Below are positions 26,261-32,000 of a stretch of DNA of 32,000 bases, one piece after another. This DNA is from Acaryochloris marina MBIC11017. Lineage in GTDB: Bacteria > Cyanobacteriota > Cyanobacteriia > Thermosynechococcales > Thermosynechococcaceae. The DNA is taken from positions 150,001 through 182,000 of the forward strand of contig NC_009926.1 of NCBI RefSeq assembly GCF_000018105.1. The letters are read 5' to 3'. The first letter of the stretch is position 1; the number at the start of each line of letters is the position of its first letter. Position numbers and translations under genes: made by a program. The notes beneath the pieces were generated by a model. The model searched no databases, was not told where the DNA came from, and saw only the letters and a list, made by a program, of their open reading frames with translations.

Positions 26261-26764
26261 TCAAAATTCTGCATCACCAAAAGCTTGCAAGAGCCGAGTG
26301 TTTCCGGAATTCACAAGTAGTAAGGTTGGGGCAACTTTAGACAGCATTTGATACTGATCGGCATTGTTGAAGTCAGTCCCTATGATTAAATCAGGCTTGG
26401 TCTTTAGGAGCGTTTCAATGGCTGGCTGGGACGCTAAACCTAAATTCGTTAGGGGCTGGGTGACAAACTCACCGAGATAGGGAATATCTTGACTGGGGTT
26501 ATTATAGGCGTCTTGATGCCACGCCACGTGATCAGCGTAGGCAAACGGCTGGATGTCCAAAGCAAGCAAAGGTTCCAGAACAAACGGTCCCAGCACTGCG
26601 ATGTGTTGAGGTTGACCACAGATTTGGGTTGCGCCTTGTTGATGCTCAATCATACGACAGTCCTCTTGCTGCGAAGGGGTTGACGGAGTCCGAACATCCA
26701 AGTCTTTTTGACAGGCAACTACCATGACCGATATGGCAAAAACCAGTATCCGATGATAAATCAT
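26261..26764 (-). pseudogene. Siderophore-binding lipoprotein paralog C, 3'-truncated
   Basis: Lipobox MVVAC. It aligns with paralogs A and B through ...KPDLIIGT...VAPTLLL. The homology then decays and ends against the IS3 end at 26217. Confidence 0.8.
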
Positions 26765-26785
26765 TCTCCTTCTTTAGACAGAACG

Positions 26786-29353
26786 CTAAAATTGAATCGC
26801 AACTGAGCCCACGATGGTGAAAGGAGCACCAGGTTCATTGAGACTCTCTCGACTATTTTGAGTGGCAGCGATGTAATCAACGTCAAAGAGATTGCGAATA
26901 CTAAGGTTTACTCGCCAGTTATCACGCCGATAAAAAATAGCCGCGTTGGTAAGGAAATAACTCTCGACATCAAATGTATTCGCTAGATCTCCAGCACGAT
27001 CTCCCACAAAATTAAAGCCCAGTCCAAAGCCTAAACCCTCTAAGGTACCGGACTGTAGGGTATAGGTTGTCCATAAACTGGCACTATGCTCAGGTGTATT
27101 GAACACACGATTACCCACGGGAATATCATTATCTGCCGTCACTTTGGCATCAGTGTAAGCATAGGATGCCAAAATATTCCATCCGGGTAGAATCTTACCG
27201 ACGATATCTAACTCAATCCCTTGACTGTTTTGTTCCCCCGTAGCAATCAAAGCAAACGGGTCATTAGGATCAGAGGTCGCCACATTCTGGCGCGTCACGT
27301 CAAAGTATCCTAGAGTAGCCAGGAAGTTACCATCCCATAATTCGGTTTTAATACCAACCTCAAAGCCCTCTCCCCGCTCTGGGGCCAGTGGGTCTCCAGC
27401 ACTTGTCGTACCAAAATTGGGCGTAAAGGATTGAGAATAGCTGCCATAGAGGGATAAGTTGGGAATTGGCTGATAGACCAGGCCGAATCGAGGAATCCAA
27501 GCATCATCATTTCGGATTGTCTCTGTGGTATTGGGATCAAAGGCATTCGGGAAAGAGGTAACGGTTTCTTTGACCGTTTCGTATCTTAATCCAGCAACAA
27601 GAATCAGATTATCAAGCAGATCAATTTGATCCTGAAGATAGATCCCAAGCCGATCTCGGTCCAACTGTTCATCTCGAAAAACAGGTAACTCTCCAGGATT
27701 GACGCCATTAAAGGTGCCATAGACAGGGGCGAAAATATTCAAAGGCTGGAAATCTGCAAAATCACTGAATTGGGCAGTATCTCTTTCTTCGCTCCGGTTG
27801 AGATCGACACCAAATAATAGAGTGTGGTCAACGGGACCCGTGGCAAATTTGCCAATTACGCTGGTCTGCAACGAGAAGTCTTGTGGATTCCTGACTTGAC
27901 GACTTAACCCTCGGCCAAGAATCCCATTAGCTTCATCAAAAAAGAAGAGAGGAATAGCGCCTGTATTTAAGATGTCTCGGCGAGTAAAACGGAAGGTGTT
28001 TTGGACCTTCCAGCGGTCGTTAAAGCGATGTTCTAGGTCGTATCCTACCCGAAGAAATTCAATATCGGAGAAGTCCTCCAGCTCACCCGCAACACGACTA
28101 GCAGGTACATCAGCTACCCTATTGCCGATCACAGGCAAACCCACTTCAAATGGCCCACTGTAATCCGAATATTCTAGTTGAACCGTTAGATCGGTCTGAT
28201 CGCTAATTTTCCAACTGAGGGTCGGCGCTACAAAAATACGCTCTATATTTTGTTCGTAGTCTCTAAAACTCTCTTCATTGCGATATAGGACATTGAGGCG
28301 ATATAAAAGGCGGTTATCGGAGGTCAAGGGGCCAGTCAGATCGATTTGAGGACTAATCAACCCTCGGTTTCCAATCTGGAGTTGTGCTTCATAGGTCGGG
28401 TCCGCTAATGGCTTCTCGGTTACTAAGTTAATGACTCCACCTGGTTGTATTTCACCATAGAGAATTGAAGCAGGTCCCCGCAGAACTTCTATCCGCTCTA
28501 GATTGGCGGTCTCTGGAATACCATCATTCCCAAAACCAAACTGTCGAAAGCCATCGCGAAGGATAGGAACGTTATCAAAGCCTCGAATATTGAAGTTAAC
28601 ATCTAATCCAGCGAAGTTACCACCATAGGTAACCCCACTGAGGTTACTGAGGGCATCTTCAAGGCGAATCACCTGTTGTTCTTCTAAGACCTGTTTCGGA
28701 ATTACCTGAATGGAAGCGGGTGTATCCAGAATTGGGGTGTCGGTTCGTGTCGCAGTACTTGCATCAGGGACAACATAACCCTCCAGGAATTTCTCTGCTG
28801 TCACCGTCACATCAATCTCTTCATCCTCTGAGATTGCTTGTGCTGCAGCATCCACAACCAACACCAATCCTGTGTCCTCATTCTGAATCGAGACCGTTGG
28901 GGGTGCGTCCGTCCCCACAATTTCAACTGTCACCTGATCCGCTGTTAAAGAGGTCACGCTGACTTCTGCAATACCCGTAGCAGGATTCAGTTGCCGATAT
29001 TCTGGGCCATCTGGTAGGGCTAACACTGCATTGGGAATCACTGCTGTTAATCGATTCTCCTGAGCTGTAGTTGTGGGAACACTCAATTCATCCCGTCCAG
29101 TCTCTAAGATGATTGAAAGCCCTTGAGCTGTTGGATTCACCTGTACTTTTGTAATCTGAATTATTGCTTCTTCTATCTGAGCTAGCCATTCAGTGACGCT
29201 CGTGGTAGGTTGCTCACGCTCGTGATTACTAGCTTCTGCAACCTCTGTGGAATTTTCAGATTTATCTACGGCCCAAACGGATGGTGCTGTAAGTATATTC
29301 GCTAGGGTAAATACCCACAGCAGCAAAGATTTACCAAATAACCGTGTAACCAT
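26786..29353 (-). CDS. TonB-dependent siderophore receptor, paralog of 16695-19262
   Basis: Plug SIQVIPKQVLEEQQVIRLEDALSNLSGV. Long blocks are identical to the other receptor (NAVLALP, LERIEVLRGPAS, ERGEGFEVGIK, EHSASLWTTY). The C-terminus is ...VAIQF. Confidence 0.9.
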   Translation of the reverse strand: MVTRLFGKSLLLWVFTLANILTAPSVWAVDKSENSTEVAEASNHEREQPTTSVTEWLAQIEEAIIQITKVQVNPTAQGLSIILETGRDELSVPTTTAQENRLTAVIPNAVLALPDGPEYRQLNPATGIAEVSVTSLTADQVTVEIVGTDAPPTVSIQNEDTGLVLVVDAAAQAISEDEEIDVTVTAEKFLEGYVVPDASTATRTDTPILDTPASIQVIPKQVLEEQQVIRLEDALSNLSGVTYGGNFAGLDVNFNIRGFDNVPILRDGFRQFGFGNDGIPETANLERIEVLRGPASILYGEIQPGGVINLVTEKPLADPTYEAQLQIGNRGLISPQIDLTGPLTSDNRLLYRLNVLYRNEESFRDYEQNIERIFVAPTLSWKISDQTDLTVQLEYSDYSGPFEVGLPVIGNRVADVPASRVAGELEDFSDIEFLRVGYDLEHRFNDRWKVQNTFRFTRRDILNTGAIPLFFFDEANGILGRGLSRQVRNPQDFSLQTSVIGKFATGPVDHTLLFGVDLNRSEERDTAQFSDFADFQPLNIFAPVYGTFNGVNPGELPVFRDEQLDRDRLGIYLQDQIDLLDNLILVAGLRYETVKETVTSFPNAFDPNTTETIRNDDAWIPRFGLVYQPIPNLSLYGSYSQSFTPNFGTTSAGDPLAPERGEGFEVGIKTELWDGNFLATLGYFDVTRQNVATSDPNDPFALIATGEQNSQGIELDIVGKILPGWNILASYAYTDAKVTADNDIPVGNRVFNTPEHSASLWTTYTLQSGTLEGLGFGLGFNFVGDRAGDLANTFDVESYFLTNAAIFYRRDNWRVNLSIRNLFDVDYIAATQNSRESLNEPGAPFTIVGSVAIQF

Positions 29354-29383
29354 GCCTCACCTAAATTGCTAGAGCAAACTGTT

Positions 29384-29408
29384 GCTAATAAAAATAATTT
29401 CTATTAGC
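29384..29408. promoter_or_regulatory. AT-rich palindrome GCTAATA-N11-TATTAGC (Fur-box-like)
   Basis: Seven-bp inverted arms, located 31-55 bp upstream of the receptor ATG at 29353. By eye the core matches about 12 of 19 positions of the classical Fur box. Confidence 0.3.
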
Positions 29409-29446
29409 CGAGTGAGTGCATCGTATCGGTAAAGCGAGATAAAAAC

Positions 29447-29479
29447 CTTTGTAAAAAAGACTTTTTTTTCTTTGTGAAA
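29447..29479 (-). promoter_or_regulatory. Candidate operator block CTTTGTAA-N15-CTTTGTGAAA
   Basis: The nearest edge is 94 bp from the ATG at 29353. It shares its architecture and the 10-mer CTTTGTGAAA with 19356-19386. Confidence 0.4.
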
Positions 29480-29497
29480 CTGACAAACTGGGCATTG

Positions 29498-30505
29498 CTA
29501 AGGTCGCCGACCCAGTTGATAAGCTTTAGGGCTAATCGCAAACTGCTGTCTGAAAGCAGTACTAAAAGCCTCAGGATTCCGATAACCAACTGTAGCAGCG
29601 ACCTTAGCAATGCTCAGATTGGGATTGTGGAGAAGAGCTTGGGCTTGCTGCAGACGATACTGCTTTAAATAGCCAAAAACAGTGGTGCCAAACAGATGTC
29701 GAAAACCCTGATTGAGCCTGTGTTCGCTAAGACCTACTTGTTGCGCAAATTCTGTGAGGGAGGGCGGCTGCTGGGCTTGCTGTACTAAAGTCTCTTTGGC
29801 CCAGTGGAGTTGTTCTATTTCATCGATATCCAGGTTGGTGGTCTGACGTGAGTTATACTGCCAAGTTGATAATTGGAGGGTTAGCAGCTCAAGTACTTTG
29901 CTTTCTAGATAAAGTTGCTGCATTAGCCCTGTATAGGGACAATGAAAGATTTTCTGAATCTGTTGCTGGATTGAGTCAGTAATGCGTCCAAGGGGCTGAT
30001 GAAACCGATGAGTTCTATCACCTGCCAGTAAAGACTGTATTGGTTTTGGAAGAGCTGAATGTCCGTGATCCAGTCCATTGAAGTAGTCAGGATCAATGGA
30101 GATTATGACTACTTTTAGAGCCTGACTGGCAAACCACTCTTCAATTTCAGTGTGGTTTGGGAGGTGATAAAGGTAGTGATGTCCTGCCAGTTCTTGATAG
30201 TCACAATCGATGTCCGTTGCATCTAGCGTCTGTACTCGTGAGGTTCCCGATAGGTAGAATTTAGCGACTAGCGGAAATGTTGTCTCATGTTGGCGAATGA
30301 CCCTCAAAGGCTGATTTAACCGACCGTGAAGAACAGCAATTTCGAGCCCCTGGCGAAGTTGCATGACTCGTTCGCCTGCCTGCCCAAACTGTATCGGCAA
30401 GTTGCTTTGCACCCCATACTCAAGCAGTTGGTAAATTGTCTCGCCCTTATTCTCTGCTTGCTCCATCAGGTCCGTCAAATCAGCTTGGGTAAGGGTAAGC
30501 GCCAT
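29498..30505 (-). CDS. AraC/XylS-family transcriptional regulator (siderophore-responsive type by context)
   Basis: 335 aa with a C-terminal double HTH (FAQQVGLSEHRLNQGFRHLFG...VAATVGYRNPEAFSTAFRQQF). It is a paralog of the regulator at 1-735. Confidence 0.9.
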   Translation of the reverse strand: MALTLTQADLTDLMEQAENKGETIYQLLEYGVQSNLPIQFGQAGERVMQLRQGLEIAVLHGRLNQPLRVIRQHETTFPLVAKFYLSGTSRVQTLDATDIDCDYQELAGHHYLYHLPNHTEIEEWFASQALKVVIISIDPDYFNGLDHGHSALPKPIQSLLAGDRTHRFHQPLGRITDSIQQQIQKIFHCPYTGLMQQLYLESKVLELLTLQLSTWQYNSRQTTNLDIDEIEQLHWAKETLVQQAQQPPSLTEFAQQVGLSEHRLNQGFRHLFGTTVFGYLKQYRLQQAQALLHNPNLSIAKVAATVGYRNPEAFSTAFRQQFAISPKAYQLGRRP

Positions 30506-30530
30506 ATTAGTTAATGCCCTACTTGTAAGT

Positions 30531-30549
30531 AAGAATAATTCTCATCAAT
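30531..30549. promoter_or_regulatory. Fur-box-like element AAGAATAATTCTCATCAAT
   Basis: It lies 26-44 bp upstream of the araC-like ATG. The 15-mer AAGAATAATTCTCAT matches GAGAATGATTCTTAT (824-838) at 12 of 15 positions. Confidence 0.3.
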
Positions 30550-30630
30550 TTTTAAACTTAGCAGACCTCTAAAGTGATTTACAAGGAATGTTGATCCACT
30601 CCCACCGCTGAAGCAGGTGGGATTCGGGAC

Positions 30631-31140
30631 TCAAGCAGCCATAGCCGTCTGAGACGGTCTAACATCGCCGACTGCCAGAGACAGAGATCCTGCCTCTTTG
30701 ATGTTGTTGGCTGCGTTGCCATCACGGTCATTGACCGTCTGACAACTGGGACAGCGCCAGCGCCTAACGTCCAAGGGCAACGACTCCAGCACATACTTGC
30801 AGTGGTTACACGTCTTGCTCGACGGATACCACTGATCCACATAGCCCAAGGTCTTGCCCTTTTTGAAGGCAACGAACTCTAGAATTTGCAGGAATTCACG
30901 GAAGGCCAGATCGTTAACTTTACGACCCCATAGTCGCTGCATTCCCTTCAAATTCAAGGTCTCAAAAAACAGGTGGTCATACTGGTCTGTGAGCTGATGA
31001 GCCAGCTTCCAAAACCAGTCTGTCCGCTTGTTCTTGATGGCTTCATGGATACGAGCATAGTGCTTTCTAGCTTGTTCACGACCCTTGGAACCTTTCTGCT
31101 TACGAGAAAGGTGGCGATTGGCCAGTTTGGTCTGATTGAT
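30631..31140 (-). pseudogene. TnpB (IS200/IS605 or IS1341-type OrfB) C-terminal fragment
   Basis: The frame is open from about 31140: INQTKLANRHLSRKQKGSKGREQARKHYARIHEAIKNKRTDWFWKLAHQL...ETLNLKGMQ...SSKTCNHC...RWRCPSCQTVNDRDGNAANNI (zinc ribbon plus RuvC-III). The N-terminal half is missing. Confidence 0.8.
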
Positions 31141-31169
31141 CCCTTATTACAAGACAAGGAAATAGGTGA

Positions 31170-31361
31170 GTGAGAAGGGTCTTGTGTGAATCTGCGTGGA
31201 CCGCAATTAAAAAGGATAAAGAGTTAAGGGAATCTTTTGAGAGGCTTTATCCTAAAACTGGAAAGAAGAAAGCAATCGTAGCAGTAGCCCGTAAATTAGT
31301 AGGTCGAATACGTGCTGCTTTTCGTCAAAAAACTATTTACCAAATGAGTACTATTAGTTAA
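31170..31361 (+). pseudogene. IS110/IS1111-family transposase C-terminal fragment
   Basis: LCESAWTAIKKDKELRESFERLYPKTGKKKAIVAVARKLVGRI matches the conserved Transposase_20 tail. There is no N-terminal domain upstream. It differs from the IS110 copy at 24207-25561. Confidence 0.6.
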
Positions 31362-32000
31362 CTAAAAAAGTATCACTAAGGAAAAGGTTGAGAGACAATA
31401 GAAAGATTTATCAACACATTCTGGCTTTGTAACCACGATGAAATGTCGGTGTGTATTGGATATCAATATCCACGTGTATATTGTTTGCGGTGCAAAGTTT
31501 TTAGGACGAATAAGGAAAGAGTGGCACAGCTAAGGCAGTGACTACGAATGACTGACAGTTGCAAATCTATCGACTAATCTTTCAGCGTAAATTATCCCGA
31601 TAAAAAATCAGAGAACTCGTACCATGGAATTTATTATGACTCTCCTTAGAAGTTAAAGGAGAAAATTTCTTTTGGATACTCTTGACAACTCATCACGACT
31701 GACTTTTTACATTTGCTAACCAACCAGATATGTTTCACCTAGGAATAGTAAATTCGTGATACTCATCCAACAATCACAAAATAGATAATTTACAGATTAA
31801 GTGTAGATGAACTTTGTGATTGTAGAGGAGTCACCTAAGTTTTCCCCTCTCCCAGTGAGCTTTAATACTGCACTTTCCCGTGTCCAATAAAGGTTTTGGG
31901 CTTACTCCGAATGTGGATCCCCGGAGAGAAAGCTTCAAGCTTCCAATATTTCTAACTGCAAGAAAATTTAACTTCACTCATATGATACAGGAATCACAAG

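Noticed and set aside
30579-31157. ORFs 30579-30872 and 30954-31157 (minus strand) and 30973-31173 (plus strand).
   Set aside because: These are alternative frames of the TnpB remnant. The TnpB frame itself is open from about 31140 to 30631 but lacks an early start codon.
1-32000. Search for CRISPR arrays, rRNA and tRNA genes.
   Set aside because: I saw no regularly spaced direct repeats, no rRNA-like segments, and no tRNA-like T-arm or acceptor patterns in the intergenic regions.

Overview
This window looks like a cyanobacterial iron-acquisition island that insertion sequences have heavily reworked. The cyanobacterial call rests on ten copies of the HIP1 palindrome GCGATCGC and on AMIN-like N-terminal extensions on all three TonB-dependent receptors (TBDRs). 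There are three receptor-centred modules. (1) 1-8400, plus strand, intact: a partial AraC regulator, a TBDR, an AmpG-like RhtX/FptX-type MFS permease, and two translationally coupled fused TMD-NBD ABC half-transporters. This gene set resembles pyochelin/yersiniabactin uptake loci and has no biosynthesis genes. (2) 13069-19262, minus strand: a TBDR, two paralogous lipoprotein binding proteins, and an EntS-like MFS. (3) 26261-30505, minus strand: an AraC regulator, a paralogous TBDR, and a truncated binding protein. Between modules 2 and 3 lies a classical FecBCDE-type importer operon. It has been destroyed by an IS1-family insertion, a 142-bp MITE, two frameshifts and a truncation, and it abuts a nested IS pile (IS110 inside IS3, next to an IS5-like fragment). 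A TnpB fragment and a second IS110-type fragment sit at the right edge. An accessory block at 8.4-13 kb carries an APH-like kinase, three GNAT acetyltransferases and a secreted protein of unknown function. All four module promoters carry paired repeat motifs about 91-96 bp upstream of their start codons, and Fur-box-like palindromes are present. I found no rRNA, tRNA or CRISPR. All functional calls come from reading motifs by eye, not from database searches.
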